Assembly: GCA_965226775.1 (NCBI GenBank)
Contig: CBDDEI010000002.1
Location: forward strand, 653,638-717,637
Source of the DNA: Dehalococcoidia bacterium
GTDB taxonomy: Bacteria > Chloroflexota > Dehalococcoidia > SHYD01
Direction: 5' to 3'
DNA length: 64,000 nucleotides
Shown here: positions 48,369 to 58,153 of the stretch, in pieces
Layout of the letters: every line of letters begins with the position of its first letter
How positions within the stretch are numbered: position 1 is the stretch's first letter
Notes under the pieces: model-generated
What the model was told of the DNA's origin: nothing
Databases searched by the model: none
The model's input: the letters and a program-made list of their open reading frames with translations, nothing else
Program-made: the position numbers and the translations under genes

Positions 48369-49304
48369 ATGAGCCGCTGGTGGGAGTTTGTCATTACGGT
48401 GGCACCCGGCGCAGCAGATGAAGTAGCCGCGCTCCTCATGCCCCTAGCCTACGGCGGTGTTGTGCAAGAGCCCGCGCTGACCTTGGAGCCGGGGGAAGAG
48501 GGTTTCTCCTACGCCCAAGACCAGCCCACCGTCCTCAAGGCCTACCTCCCCGTAGAAGCAGGCGCTGGAGCGCGCCAAGAGCTGCTGACCACCCTCCAGA
48601 CCGTCTTCCCGGACGCCAGTGTAGTCCACCGCGAGTTAGAGGCCCAAGAGTGGTCCAGCGCTTGGCGCGACTTCTTTCGAGTGCGGCGAGTTGGGCGCAT
48701 CGTGGTGCAGCCTGAGTGGCTGACCTACACCCCGCGGCCCGATGACGTAGTGGTGCTTCTGGAGCCGGGCATGGCCTTTGGCACCGGCGACCATCAGACT
48801 ACGCGAGCCTGCCTGCGCGCCTTACAGCAGCACATCAAGCCGGACGATCGTGTCATCGATCTGGGCACTGGCTCAGGGGTGCTGGCCATTGCGGCGGTGA
48901 AGCTGGGCGCGGCGGCGGTGCTTGCTCTGGATACGGATCCCCTCGCAATAAGCGCCACGCAGGAGAACTGCGCCCGCAACGGAGTGGAGCCTGCGGTGAA
49001 CGCGCGGGTAGGCAGCATCGACCTGCCCGAAGTGGCCGCATGGGGCAAGGCCGACCTCCTCCTCGCGAATCTCAATAGCCAGCTCCATTTGGACATGGCT
49101 GAAGCTATCCTTCACTGTCTTAAACCCGGCGGCCTCGTCATCGCCAGCGGCATCGGTGCGGCCTCAGTCCGCCGCGTCACTGCCGCCTACCGACGCGCAG
49201 GCGCGTCCGCCATCGCCGTGCGCCGCCAGGGTGAGTGGCGCTCCCTCCTGATCTTTTGTGACGCACTCTCCTCCAAAGGAAAGAGGGTTGGGGTGAAGGA
49301 GTAG
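48369..49304 (+). CDS. prmA: Ribosomal protein L11 methyltransferase
   Basis: PrmA family with SAM motif (VIDLGTGSGVLAIAA). Conserved dnaJ-prmA-rsmE order. Confidence 0.8.
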   Translation: MSRWWEFVITVAPGAADEVAALLMPLAYGGVVQEPALTLEPGEEGFSYAQDQPTVLKAYLPVEAGAGARQELLTTLQTVFPDASVVHRELEAQEWSSAWRDFFRVRRVGRIVVQPEWLTYTPRPDDVVVLLEPGMAFGTGDHQTTRACLRALQQHIKPDDRVIDLGTGSGVLAIAAVKLGAAAVLALDTDPLAISATQENCARNGVEPAVNARVGSIDLPEVAAWGKADLLLANLNSQLHLDMAEAILHCLKPGGLVIASGIGAASVRRVTAAYRRAGASAIAVRRQGEWRSLLIFCDALSSKGKRVGVKE

Positions 49305-49308
49305 CCTC

Positions 49309-50043
49309 GTGGACCGCTTCTTCGTCGATCCCCTGCAGGTAACCGGCGATACTGTCACCTTCTCCCCGGACCAGGCGCGCCAGATGGCCCGTGTCCTTCG
49401 GTTGCGGCCTGGCCAGCAGGTGTACGCCCTTGACGATCAGGGGAGCTACTACCTGGTGGAGCTGCGGCGGGTGGCGCACATGGCCGCACACGGGATTATT
49501 TTGGAGCGGCTCGCTGCAGATACTGAGCCGCGGGTGCGGGTCACGCTGTGGCAGGCGCTTATGCGAGGCGCAAAATGGGAGTATGTGCTGCAGAAGGGCA
49601 CCGAGGTAGGTATCGCAGCCTTTGCTCCCGTGGTAACCGAACGCTGCGTTGCCCTCTATGAGCCAGATCGCTGGGATGCTCGCCAGGAGCGCTGGGCGGC
49701 GGTCCTCCGCGAGGCCGCGGAGCAGTCGGGGCGAAGCCGCATCCCTGCGCTGCGTGCGCCGGTGTCTTGGGAAGAGGCGTGCCGCACGGGCGAAGGCTTG
49801 CGCCTGCTGCTGCACCCAAGCGCACAGAGCGTACCGCTAGAAGCCGCGCTCGCCGCACATGGTGACGCGACCACGGTGTCGCTATACGTTGGGCCGGAGG
49901 GCGGCTTTACTGAGGCAGAGGTTGCTCAGGCAGAGCAACTGGGAATAACCAGCGTTCGGTTGGGGCCGCGCATTCTGCGTACGGAGACCGCGGGCATGGT
50001 GGCCGCCGCAGCCCTCTTCTACGCCCTGGGCGATCTAAGCTGA
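49309..50043 (+). CDS. rsmE: 16S rRNA (uracil1498-N3)-methyltransferase
   Basis: RsmE family (N-terminal MDRFFVDP…, C-terminal SPOUT-type fold). Confidence 0.8.
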   Translation: MDRFFVDPLQVTGDTVTFSPDQARQMARVLRLRPGQQVYALDDQGSYYLVELRRVAHMAAHGIILERLAADTEPRVRVTLWQALMRGAKWEYVLQKGTEVGIAAFAPVVTERCVALYEPDRWDARQERWAAVLREAAEQSGRSRIPALRAPVSWEEACRTGEGLRLLLHPSAQSVPLEAALAAHGDATTVSLYVGPEGGFTEAEVAQAEQLGITSVRLGPRILRTETAGMVAAAALFYALGDLS

Positions 50044-50046
50044 GGC

Positions 50047-50262
50047 CTAGTCTGGGGGAAGGTCACGGGCGCGGACGCTGGTGAAGGGCGCTTTGCCGTT
50101 TGCCCCACTCATGTAGAGTGTTGCGCCCCCACCTAGCTGCTTGCTGGCTACTAGCTGCCTGAGCTCGGTGCTGCTGGGCTTGTGGTTGTACTCGGCCAGC
50201 TGCTCTTTCAGCTCTTCGCCAAACCAGCGCCGCTGGAGAAAGACTACGTACTTATCGGCCAT
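50047..50262 (-). CDS. Small hypothetical protein (71 aa)
   Basis: Protein-like composition. Lies downstream of grpE on the same strand. No family recognised. Confidence 0.3.
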   Translation of the reverse strand: MADKYVVFLQRRWFGEELKEQLAEYNHKPSSTELRQLVASKQLGGGATLYMSGANGKAPFTSVRARDLPPD

Positions 50263-50279
50263 AGGGCGTTAGGAAGCGG

Positions 50280-50840
50280 CTAAGCGGGCGGCTGCGGCTC
50301 TTCTGGGCTGGCTTCTGCTGGTGCTTCTTCAGCGCCTTCACCTGAGCCCACCGCCACTAAAGAAGGACGGATCACTCTGCCGCCTAGGATGTAGCCGCGC
50401 TGGAACTCTGCTATCACCACGCCCTCTTCCCCGGGCACGCGCTGCACTGCCTCGTGCTGGTTGGGGTCAAAGGGTTGGCCCATCGCTTCGATGGCCGCTA
50501 CGCCTTGGTTCTCCAGGACGGCCTGCAGCTTGCGATAGATAAGGTGGACGCCTTCAATCCAAGTAAGCCCGGCCAGCTCCTTAGAGATGTTGCCCAAGGC
50601 CCGCTCAAGGTCGTCTATGACCGGGAGCAGGTGGACGATCAGCATGGCGCTGGCAAATTTGTCCACTTCTGTGCGCTCCTGCTCGGTGCGGCGCTTAAAG
50701 TTCGCAAAGTCTGCCGCCGTGCGTTGCCAGCTGGCATAGTAGCCCTCTGCTTTTTGGCGTTCTTCCTCTAGTTGTTGTTGCAACTCCTCCGGCGAGAGCG
50801 CCTCTGGGGTCGGAGTAGCCTGCTCTTCTTCTTGTGTCAT
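50280..50840 (-). CDS. grpE: Nucleotide exchange factor GrpE
   Basis: Coiled-coil N-terminus, conserved RKR…E motif region and a C-terminal beta domain. Immediately downstream of hrcA. Confidence 0.85.
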   Translation of the reverse strand: MTQEEEQATPTPEALSPEELQQQLEEERQKAEGYYASWQRTAADFANFKRRTEQERTEVDKFASAMLIVHLLPVIDDLERALGNISKELAGLTWIEGVHLIYRKLQAVLENQGVAAIEAMGQPFDPNQHEAVQRVPGEEGVVIAEFQRGYILGGRVIRPSLVAVGSGEGAEEAPAEASPEEPQPPA

Positions 50841-50881
50841 AAGCCTTCTGTTAACGAGTAAGTTGATGATGTGTTGCGTGG

Positions 50882-51937
50882 TTAAGTGTAACGTTCCGCC
50901 AGGGAGCCGCTCATGAGCTGGGCAAAGTAGCGCACCGCGGCAATGGTCTTGTTGTAGGGCATCCGCGTGGGTCCCAGTATGGCCAGGGTGCCTTCCAGAC
51001 CGCCGGGGATCCCGTAGGGCGCTACCACAAGGCTAAGGTCTTGCATCTCTAGTTTCGGATTCTCGTCACCAACGATTGCCCGCACCTCTTGCTCGGTCGA
51101 AACTGCGCTTAGGAGTGCGCCAAGGGTGCGGCGGTCTTCCAGCAACCCAACAAGGTCCACCACGCGCTCCGGCGAAGCGAACTCCGGCTGACTCAGCAGA
51201 TGGCGTAGCCCGCCCGATTGCGCCAGCTCTAAGCGCTGGGCCTCCTCTTCCTGCACCATGCGGTTCATGTTCTGCGCCACATGTTCCTCGAATGGGTTAA
51301 GGATTGCTCCACCCAAGCGTTGTGTCATCTCGGGAGCGCTTGTACCTGCCACCAGTTCGTTCAAGTGCTGGGACGAGGCGTAAAGCTCATCCTGTGAGTA
51401 AGCCTCATCGGCATGAAAGAGCGCCTGGAGCACGCGGGCTTCTTGCAGCACTAGGACCATGAGTACCACGAACTCTTGGAGCCCCACCAACTCCAGCCGC
51501 TTTATCCGGACAGTGGGCGCTCGTGGAGAGGTGACTAGTGCCACCATGCTTACCAGTTGAGCCAGCAGCGCTGCGGAGAGATCGGTGAGCTGGCTCAACT
51601 CTCCCTCCCAGTCGCTGAATTGCTCCTGGATCTGCTTCCTGGTGGCGGGCTGCGGCGGGTCCTCCTCCATGAGGACCTGAATGTAATAGCGATACCCCTT
51701 ATCAGAAGGGATACGGCCCGCGGAGGTGTACGGATGGACGATGTAACCCTCTTCCTCTAACGCCGCCATATCGTTGCGAATGGTGGCAGGGCTGACGCCG
51801 AGGGAGTGGTCTTTTGCGATGTGTTCCGAGCCGACCGGCATCGCGTTCGTCACGTAGTCGCCCACGATGATGCGCAGAATGGCGCCTTGCCTGACGGGGA
51901 GTAATCGTATGGGGTAGCTGTTCATCGATTGACTCAT
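50882..51937 (-). CDS. hrcA: Heat-inducible transcription repressor HrcA
   Basis: 351 aa with an N-terminal winged HTH (…ATIRNDMAALEEEGYI…). A perfect CIRCE element lies immediately upstream. Confidence 0.85.
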   Translation of the reverse strand: MSQSMNSYPIRLLPVRQGAILRIIVGDYVTNAMPVGSEHIAKDHSLGVSPATIRNDMAALEEEGYIVHPYTSAGRIPSDKGYRYYIQVLMEEDPPQPATRKQIQEQFSDWEGELSQLTDLSAALLAQLVSMVALVTSPRAPTVRIKRLELVGLQEFVVLMVLVLQEARVLQALFHADEAYSQDELYASSQHLNELVAGTSAPEMTQRLGGAILNPFEEHVAQNMNRMVQEEEAQRLELAQSGGLRHLLSQPEFASPERVVDLVGLLEDRRTLGALLSAVSTEQEVRAIVGDENPKLEMQDLSLVVAPYGIPGGLEGTLAILGPTRMPYNKTIAAVRYFAQLMSGSLAERYT

Positions 51938-51949
51938 GGCTTACCTCGA

Positions 51950-51976
51950 TTAGCACTCTGTTTATGAGAGTGCTAA
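51950..51976. promoter_or_regulatory. CIRCE operator (HrcA binding site) TTAGCACTC-N9-GAGTGCTAA
   Basis: Exact consensus ttagcactc-tgtttatga-gagtgctaa. The extended palindrome cctcgattagcactc…gagtgctaatcgagg spans 51944-51982, directly upstream of hrcA. Confidence 0.9.
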
Positions 51977-52115
51977 TCGAGGTTACTGTAGCATTAACCG
52001 TCTAGAGGGTCAAGTCATTGCCGTGGGTGTGCCCCTCTAGTATACTCACCCCGTATCTTATCCCCCGCCGCGGTGTTTTACATGGGTAGCACCGCAGCTG
52101 GCATGTGGTGACTCT

Positions 52116-52688
52116 TTGTATGAGGATGAGCTAGAGCTAGTAGAACGAGCAAAGGCGGACCCAGAGGCTTTTGGTCCTCTTTATGAGCGCTACGTAGGAC
52201 GGGTCTACAGCTATCTTTATCATCGCACCAGCGACGTCTCCGATGCTGAAGACCTGACCGAGCGAGTCTTTATGCAGGCGCTTGCGCACCTATCGTCCTA
52301 CACGTACCGAGGCCTCCCACTCTCCGTCTGGCTCTTTCGCATCGCCCACAATGTACTCGCTAACTGGTATCGTGACCACAAGCGCCGGCAGACGCTGTCT
52401 ATCGATGACCAGGCAATCGCCGACCTCGAGCCTTCGGCTGGCATAGAGGAGGAGATTGAAGACGCAGCGCTCCTGCGGCGTGCAGTGGCTTCCCTCTCAC
52501 CGGAACGGCAGCAGTTAATCCTGCTGAAGTATGTTGAGGAGTTGCCCCACGCAGAGATTGGCATGATTATGGGTAGAAGTGAAGGTGCGGTGAAAGCTCT
52601 GCTCCACAGAACCCTTAAGGCCCTGAAGAAGGAGCTGCAGGAAGAGTTCCAAGTGCAGCCCGGAAGTAAGAGGAGAGGTAGCAACTAA
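52116..52688 (+). CDS. RNA polymerase sigma-70 factor, ECF subfamily
   Basis: Sigma-2 region (…ERVYSYLYHRT…AEDLTERVFMQAL…) and a sigma-4 HTH (…LPHAEIGMIMGRSEGAVKALLHR…). Confidence 0.85.
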   Translation: MYEDELELVERAKADPEAFGPLYERYVGRVYSYLYHRTSDVSDAEDLTERVFMQALAHLSSYTYRGLPLSVWLFRIAHNVLANWYRDHKRRQTLSIDDQAIADLEPSAGIEEEIEDAALLRRAVASLSPERQQLILLKYVEELPHAEIGMIMGRSEGAVKALLHRTLKALKKELQEEFQVQPGSKRRGSN

Positions 52689-52689
52689 A

Positions 52690-52986
52690 ATGGACGCTCT
52701 ATCAGAAGACTGTCTAGCCCTGGAAGCAGGACTACGTCGTGCCTACCAGACCGTCGAGCCTGACCCTGCGTTTCAGGAGGCTCTATATCTTCGTTTGATG
52801 CAGACTGCAGCCCAGCCGGAAGCGCCCGTTGCCCATAGCCGCGCTGCCGGTGTGGTGGGCGCACTGGTAGGGGTTGCTGCCCTGTCGGTCGCCGGCGCGG
52901 CTGTAGTGCTCCTGCGCGGCCGCAAGGGCGCACCCATGTACTCTGCCGTACTTCAGAGCGGCTTTAGCGCTCTTAAAGGTCACTAG
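52690..52986 (+). CDS. Putative anti-sigma factor (small single-TM protein)
   Basis: 98 aa, starting 2 nt after the sigma gene stop. Contains one TM helix (AGVVGALVGVAALSVAGAAVVLL). Confidence 0.55.
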   Translation: MDALSEDCLALEAGLRRAYQTVEPDPAFQEALYLRLMQTAAQPEAPVAHSRAAGVVGALVGVAALSVAGAAVVLLRGRKGAPMYSAVLQSGFSALKGH

Positions 52987-53000
52987 GACGCGTCCCAAGC

Positions 53001-54011
53001 TTGCAAAAACATATGTTAGGCGGGCATGCCCGCATTGTTGGGTGGGGGAAATACCTTCCCTCAACAGTGCTCACAAACTTCGATTTGGAGCAGCGCCTTC
53101 CCACCTCTGACGAGTGGATCACCACCCGGACAGGTATCAAAGAGCGCCGCCTGGCAGGCGACACTGAAACGCCCGCCACTATGGGCGTCATTGCAGCCAG
53201 AGAAGCCCTGGCTAATGCAGGTCTAGATAGCCAGGATGTCGACCTCATCATCGTCGCCACCTCCAGCCCGGAGCGCGTCTTGCCGGCAACAGCAGGCATC
53301 ATCCAGCGTGAGCTTGGCCTCCGCAACGTCGGTGCTTTCGATATCAACGCGGCCTGCAGCGGCTTTGTCTACGGGCTGAGCATCGCCTCCCAGTTTGTAG
53401 CGGCCGGTGTGCATCGCAACGTCCTGGTCGTCGGGAGCGAGGTGTATTCTCGGCTCTTGGACTGGGAGGACCGGAGCACCTGCGTCCTCTTTGGTGACGG
53501 AGCCGGTGCGGCCGTAGTGCAGCAGTCTCAGGAACCCGGCGGCATCCTCTCCTGGGCCCTGGGCAACGAAAGCGATGGCGTGGACATGATCTATGTGCAC
53601 GGCGTTGGCGCTGCATCTGCCGAAGCGGAAAGCTATCCTTATCTTGTGATGCAGGGCTCGTCGGTCTACAAGGCTGCCGTGCGGGCGCTGGTGGACTCTA
53701 CCAAGCATGTGGCCAAGGAAGCAGGCTTGGAACTGGCGGACATCGATCTCCTTATTCCGCACCAAGCCAACCTGCGGATTATCCGCAGCGCCTCGGAGAG
53801 CTTGGGCATTCCCGATGACAAGGTCTTTGTGAATGTAGACCGTTATGGCAATACTGCGGCGGCGTCCATCCCCATTGCCCTCTGTGAGGCGGTAGAGATG
53901 GGCCGCCTGAAAAAAGGCGACCAAGTGGTGCTGACCACCGTGGGTGCGGGTATCTCCTGGGCGGCCATGGCTATGGAATGGCAACCCCAGTCTGCCTCCA
54001 CGTCCGAATAA
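53001..54011 (+). CDS. fabH: 3-oxoacyl-[ACP] synthase III
   Basis: FabH family with active-site Cys context (NAACSGFVYGL) and C-terminal His/Asn motifs. Confidence 0.85.
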   Translation: MQKHMLGGHARIVGWGKYLPSTVLTNFDLEQRLPTSDEWITTRTGIKERRLAGDTETPATMGVIAAREALANAGLDSQDVDLIIVATSSPERVLPATAGIIQRELGLRNVGAFDINAACSGFVYGLSIASQFVAAGVHRNVLVVGSEVYSRLLDWEDRSTCVLFGDGAGAAVVQQSQEPGGILSWALGNESDGVDMIYVHGVGAASAEAESYPYLVMQGSSVYKAAVRALVDSTKHVAKEAGLELADIDLLIPHQANLRIIRSASESLGIPDDKVFVNVDRYGNTAAASIPIALCEAVEMGRLKKGDQVVLTTVGAGISWAAMAMEWQPQSASTSE

Positions 54012-54037
54012 ACGAACTCTTCCTCAGGAGCTACAGC

Positions 54038-54616
54038 ATGCGAGAGAACGCATTCCCCCGGATTACCCTTGCCCAGGCGCTCTTGCCGAATCGCACCCTG
54101 CTTCAAGAGGTGCTGCTCATCCTGGCATTCAGCACCCTCATCGCCGTTTGCGCACGCATAACCATTCCTTTGCCCTTTACGCCGGTGCCCATCACGGGGC
54201 AGACCTTTGGCGTCTTGCTCACCGGCGCGGTCTTGGGCAGCCGCCGCGGCGCATTAAGCCTGGTCACCTACGTTGGCATCGGCGCACTTGGGATGCCGGT
54301 GTTCGCGCTGACGGGAGGTGTCGCCAGCCAGGGCTACTTAGCAGGCTTTATTCTGGCGGCCTTTGTGGTAGGCTTCTTAGCAGAGCGGGGATGGGACAAG
54401 AGCTACTGGCGCAGTGTAGTTGCCATGCTGGCAGGAAATGCCGTGCTCTATGTTCCAGGGCTTATCTGGCTCGCTAACTTTGTAGGCCCTGAGCAGGCCA
54501 TCCCGCTGGGCCTTCTGCCCTTTATTCCCGGCGATCTTATTAAACTGCTCCTAGCCGCGGCTGCGTTGCCGTCCGTCTGGCGATTCATCCCCCGGCGCGA
54601 CCTTGATGCAAGCTAA
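54038..54616 (+). CDS. bioY: Biotin transporter BioY
   Basis: BioY family (…ITGQTFGVLL…). The start is chosen at the ATG with an AGGAG RBS (the ORF track starts at 53978 inside fabH). Confidence 0.75.
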   Translation: MRENAFPRITLAQALLPNRTLLQEVLLILAFSTLIAVCARITIPLPFTPVPITGQTFGVLLTGAVLGSRRGALSLVTYVGIGALGMPVFALTGGVASQGYLAGFILAAFVVGFLAERGWDKSYWRSVVAMLAGNAVLYVPGLIWLANFVGPEQAIPLGLLPFIPGDLIKLLLAAAALPSVWRFIPRRDLDAS

Positions 54617-54646
54617 CGCGCCAACCACGTTACCTGAGAGGAATGT

Positions 54647-55285
54647 ATGGACATAACCTGGCTCGGCCACTCCGGCTTCCGCGTTCGAGGCAAGGAGGCC
54701 ACCGTCATCATCGATCCGCCTCCCTTTGAAGGCAAACCCACCGCATCCCAAGAGGCCGATATGATGCTCCTCAGCCATCACCATAAAGGTCACGCTAACC
54801 GGGAGCTGGTAAAGGGTGAGCCCTTAGTCTTTGATGGCCCCGGCGAATATGAAAGTCAGGATGTGCCCATATTCGGCCTCAGCACTTTTCATGATGATGC
54901 CAAGGGAGAGCGCCTCGGCAAGAACGTTGTCTTTCGCATGGAGCTGGAAGCATTGGTCCTTTGCCACCTGGGCGACCTTGGCCACGGCCTCTCCTCGCAG
55001 CAGGTGGAGGACTTAGGCGCAGTGGACATCCTGCTGGTGCCCGTTGGCGGTGGCTCTACCATCAACGCGTCTAAGGCCGCTGAAATGGTGAAGCTCATTG
55101 GGCCCAAAGTTGTGGTGCCTATGCACTACCGTCAGGGAGAAGCTAGAGAAGACCTGGATACGGTAGACAAGTTCCTCAACGAGATGGGAGTGAAGGAGGT
55201 TGCCCCGCAACCCCGGCTCACCGTGAGCCGCTCCACGCTGCCTCAGGATACGCAGGTAGTGGTCCTGGAGGCGCGGCGCAGCTAG
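54647..55285 (+). CDS. MBL-fold metal-dependent hydrolase (UPF0173-like)
   Basis: N-terminal MDITWLGHSGFRV and His-rich motifs. Confidence 0.7.
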   Translation: MDITWLGHSGFRVRGKEATVIIDPPPFEGKPTASQEADMMLLSHHHKGHANRELVKGEPLVFDGPGEYESQDVPIFGLSTFHDDAKGERLGKNVVFRMELEALVLCHLGDLGHGLSSQQVEDLGAVDILLVPVGGGSTINASKAAEMVKLIGPKVVVPMHYRQGEAREDLDTVDKFLNEMGVKEVAPQPRLTVSRSTLPQDTQVVVLEARRS

Positions 55286-55301
55286 CTGGTTCTAGCGCAT
55301 T

Positions 55302-55338
55302 CAAAAAGCCCTGTGCTTAACGGCACGGGGCTTTTTCG
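55302..55338. terminator. Bidirectional intrinsic terminator between convergent genes
   Basis: aaaaagccctgtgc-ttaa-cggcacggggcttttt: an ~11-bp stem (one G·U) flanked by A-run and T-run. It can serve both the + gene ending at 55285 and the - gene ending at 55356. Confidence 0.6.
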
Positions 55339-55355
55339 TGAGCGTTTTCTAGGGG

Positions 55356-56504
55356 TTATCTTGGCAGGGCTTGGAGCGGATCGAAGGCGACCCCATTATG
55401 GTGCATTTCAAAGTGCAGGTGTGGGCCGGTCACCCGACCGGTGGTCCCCACGTTCCCTATATGCTCTCTGAGTTCAACCCGCTGACCGGGTACGGCGAAC
55501 GCCTTCGATAGGTGAGAGTACAGTGTTTGATAGCCGTTCTCGTGATCGATGATGAGGTAGTAGCCATAGCCCCAGTCTAGGTATTCCAGCTTCACCACTA
55601 CGCCTGCTTCCGCTGCATAGACGGGCGTACCGTAGGCGGGAGAGATATCCAAACCGCGATGCGCAGCGCTGAACCAGGAGAAGATGGGGCCGGAAGTGGG
55701 CCACTGGAACTGAGTGCCCGGCAGCTGTGTCGCCGCCGGCGGTGTAGTGCCACCGTTGGGGGGTGTAGCCCCTACCGCGCGCTCGAATCGTACGACTGGC
55801 TTTACGCCGCCCGGCACCATAACCTTCTGGCCTATTCTTAAGGTATCGGGATCCGGTATCTCGTTGAACGGGTACGCGATGATATCGCTCGTGTTGACGT
55901 CGTAGCGCGTTGCAAGGCTGCTCAGCGTATCGTCTTTTCTTATGGTATGGAGGACGCCAGAGGTGGGCGGAATAGTGATCGTACTGCCCAGTTTGAGGCT
56001 ATCGGGATTGGGGATATTGTTAGCCCAGATGAGGGTCATGGTGGTGAGATCAAATTTGGAGGCTATTTGGGAGAGCGTATCGTTGGGGACTACTATGTAT
56101 TCACGAATGGTGGGAGCCAGGGGCTTGATTTCGACGGAAGCGAGTCTGAGGGTCACTTCTTTTTCTTCAGTTACCGGAATGGCCTGGGCTGCTTGGGCTT
56201 CCTGAGGTGCCGGGGCTAGCGGAAGAGCGGACTTCACTATGTAATTCGCTTTCCGCACCGGTGATTGCGAGAGGTCTGTAGACTGCTGCGTCTGCAATAC
56301 CGGGCTGTCTGTGGCAGCAGACACCACGTTTTGGGGCTGATGCTGTGCAAACCCTAGCGCATCCGCATTGACGGCTATGAGCGCGACTCCTACTAGAAAG
56401 CCGTGTAGGGCGTAGCGATAAGGGGCATGGCTCGACTTGATAGAGTGCCACGCAGCCGAGGCAAAAAGAGAAGGACGTTTCGCAGTCTGTAGTCTGGGAT
56501 CCAC
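55356..56504 (-). CDS. LysM-domain M23-family metallopeptidase
   Basis: Two LysM repeats (…DTLSQIASKF…, …DDTLSSLATRYDV…) and a C-terminal M23 domain (HRGLDI…, GPHLHFEMH). Confidence 0.8.
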   Translation of the reverse strand: MDPRLQTAKRPSLFASAAWHSIKSSHAPYRYALHGFLVGVALIAVNADALGFAQHQPQNVVSAATDSPVLQTQQSTDLSQSPVRKANYIVKSALPLAPAPQEAQAAQAIPVTEEKEVTLRLASVEIKPLAPTIREYIVVPNDTLSQIASKFDLTTMTLIWANNIPNPDSLKLGSTITIPPTSGVLHTIRKDDTLSSLATRYDVNTSDIIAYPFNEIPDPDTLRIGQKVMVPGGVKPVVRFERAVGATPPNGGTTPPAATQLPGTQFQWPTSGPIFSWFSAAHRGLDISPAYGTPVYAAEAGVVVKLEYLDWGYGYYLIIDHENGYQTLYSHLSKAFAVPGQRVELREHIGNVGTTGRVTGPHLHFEMHHNGVAFDPLQALPR

Positions 56505-56588
56505 TAGTCGCTCTAGTTTTTCCCTTTGTTCATCCTGCCTCAGAACGTACCTCCGAACGGATCATGAACCTCTCGGTGGTTCACCCAG

Positions 56589-57926
56589 TTACATGTCCCT
56601 GTTGAGTGTTGATAAAAACTCAACATTGTCTTTTGTCTTTGACATCCGCTCCAGCACACGCTCCGTGGCTTCCGTCGGATTCTGCGCATTAGAGCCAAGC
56701 ATGGCTACAACTCGTCTGAGAAGGTATACACGATTTAATGTAGCCTCGTCAAGCAGTAGTTCTTCCCGACGGGTGCCGCTGCGTTGAATGTCTAAGGCCG
56801 GCCACAGCCGTTTCTCCGCCAATCGGCGGTCCAAATGCAACTCCATGTTGCCCGTGCCCTTGAACTCTTCGTAGATCACGTCGTCCATGCGGCTGCCGGT
56901 ATCGATAAGGCAGGTGGCGATGACGGTGAGGCTGCCGCCCTCTTCCGTATTGCGTGCGGCGCCAAAGAAACGCTTAGGCGGATACAGCGCAATCGGATCA
57001 ATGCCGCCGGAGAGGGTACGACCGCTGGGCGGCATGCCCAGGTTATACGCGCGGGCCAGCCGGGTGAGGCTGTCCAAGAGGATGACTACGTGCTGGCCGC
57101 CTTCCACCAACCGTTTTGCCCGATCCAGCGCAATCTCTGCTACCCGGATATGGTCTTCAACCGGCTCGTCAAAGGTGGAGCTGATGACTTCGCCCCGGAC
57201 GGAGCGCTTCATATCCGTTACCTCTTCTGGACGCTCGCCAATCAGACAGACCATGAGCTGGATGTCGCGGTAGTTAGCCACAATGCCATTGGCAATAGCC
57301 TTCAGCAGGAAGGTCTTGCCCGCTTTTGGCGGCGAAACGATGAGGCCGCGCTGGCCGCGTCCAATGGGGGAGATGAGGTTGACTAAGCGGGCGGAGATAT
57401 TCTCAGGAGTGGTTTCTAGGTTGATGAGGACTTCGGGGAAGATGGGAGTCAGGCTTTCAAAGTAGGGCCGTCTACGAGCTACTTCCGGGTCAAGGCTGTT
57501 CACCGTCTCCACCCGGAGAAGTCCGTAATACTTCTCACCCTCCTTGGGTGGCCGGATCAGACCTGTCACTAGGTCGCCGGTGCGCAGGCCAAAGCGCCGT
57601 ACTTGGGATTGGGAGACGTAGATGTCGTTGAGGCCGGGCAGCAGCGTATCGCCCCGCAAGAACCCGTAGCCATCGTCGACCGTCTCTAGGATGCCGCCGC
57701 TGAACAGGTCGCCGTTGGCCCTGCCTGCGCCGTCCTGCTCGGACTGAGCTTGCAGCAAGCGTGTCACCAGTTCCTGCTTCTTCAGGGTGCTGTAGCCGGA
57801 GATGCCGAGCTCTTTGGCAATCTCGAGCAGATCTTCTCTGCTCCTAGTCTCAAGTTCTGCTACGTTCACACGTACTCCTTGAAGGTCTTGAAAGGTGGTG
57901 CCGTGGGATGTGGTTTCTGTACTCAC
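56589..57926 (-). CDS. rho: Transcription termination factor Rho
   Basis: N-terminal Rho_N/CSD, Walker A (GKTFLL), Q- and R-loops. 445 aa. Confidence 0.9.
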   Translation of the reverse strand: MSTETTSHGTTFQDLQGVRVNVAELETRSREDLLEIAKELGISGYSTLKKQELVTRLLQAQSEQDGAGRANGDLFSGGILETVDDGYGFLRGDTLLPGLNDIYVSQSQVRRFGLRTGDLVTGLIRPPKEGEKYYGLLRVETVNSLDPEVARRRPYFESLTPIFPEVLINLETTPENISARLVNLISPIGRGQRGLIVSPPKAGKTFLLKAIANGIVANYRDIQLMVCLIGERPEEVTDMKRSVRGEVISSTFDEPVEDHIRVAEIALDRAKRLVEGGQHVVILLDSLTRLARAYNLGMPPSGRTLSGGIDPIALYPPKRFFGAARNTEEGGSLTVIATCLIDTGSRMDDVIYEEFKGTGNMELHLDRRLAEKRLWPALDIQRSGTRREELLLDEATLNRVYLLRRVVAMLGSNAQNPTEATERVLERMSKTKDNVEFLSTLNRDM

Positions 57927-58153
57927 GATGTTTATTGCTTAGGTGCTTCTATATCAAGGCTAGATAGTGCTTGTCAAGCTGCATACGTTGATTCCGTTCT
58001 CCTCATGTTGTGTAGAGAGGTGGAATTCTCTCCTGCTAACGATTTAAGACGGCTGGTTCGTACCTGGTTGGTGCATCGAATAAAGCGTGGGCTTTTGTGC
58101 ACAAGGAGAGGTTAAAGCAAGCTGGGCATAGCTTAATAAGCGGCTCGGATGAA

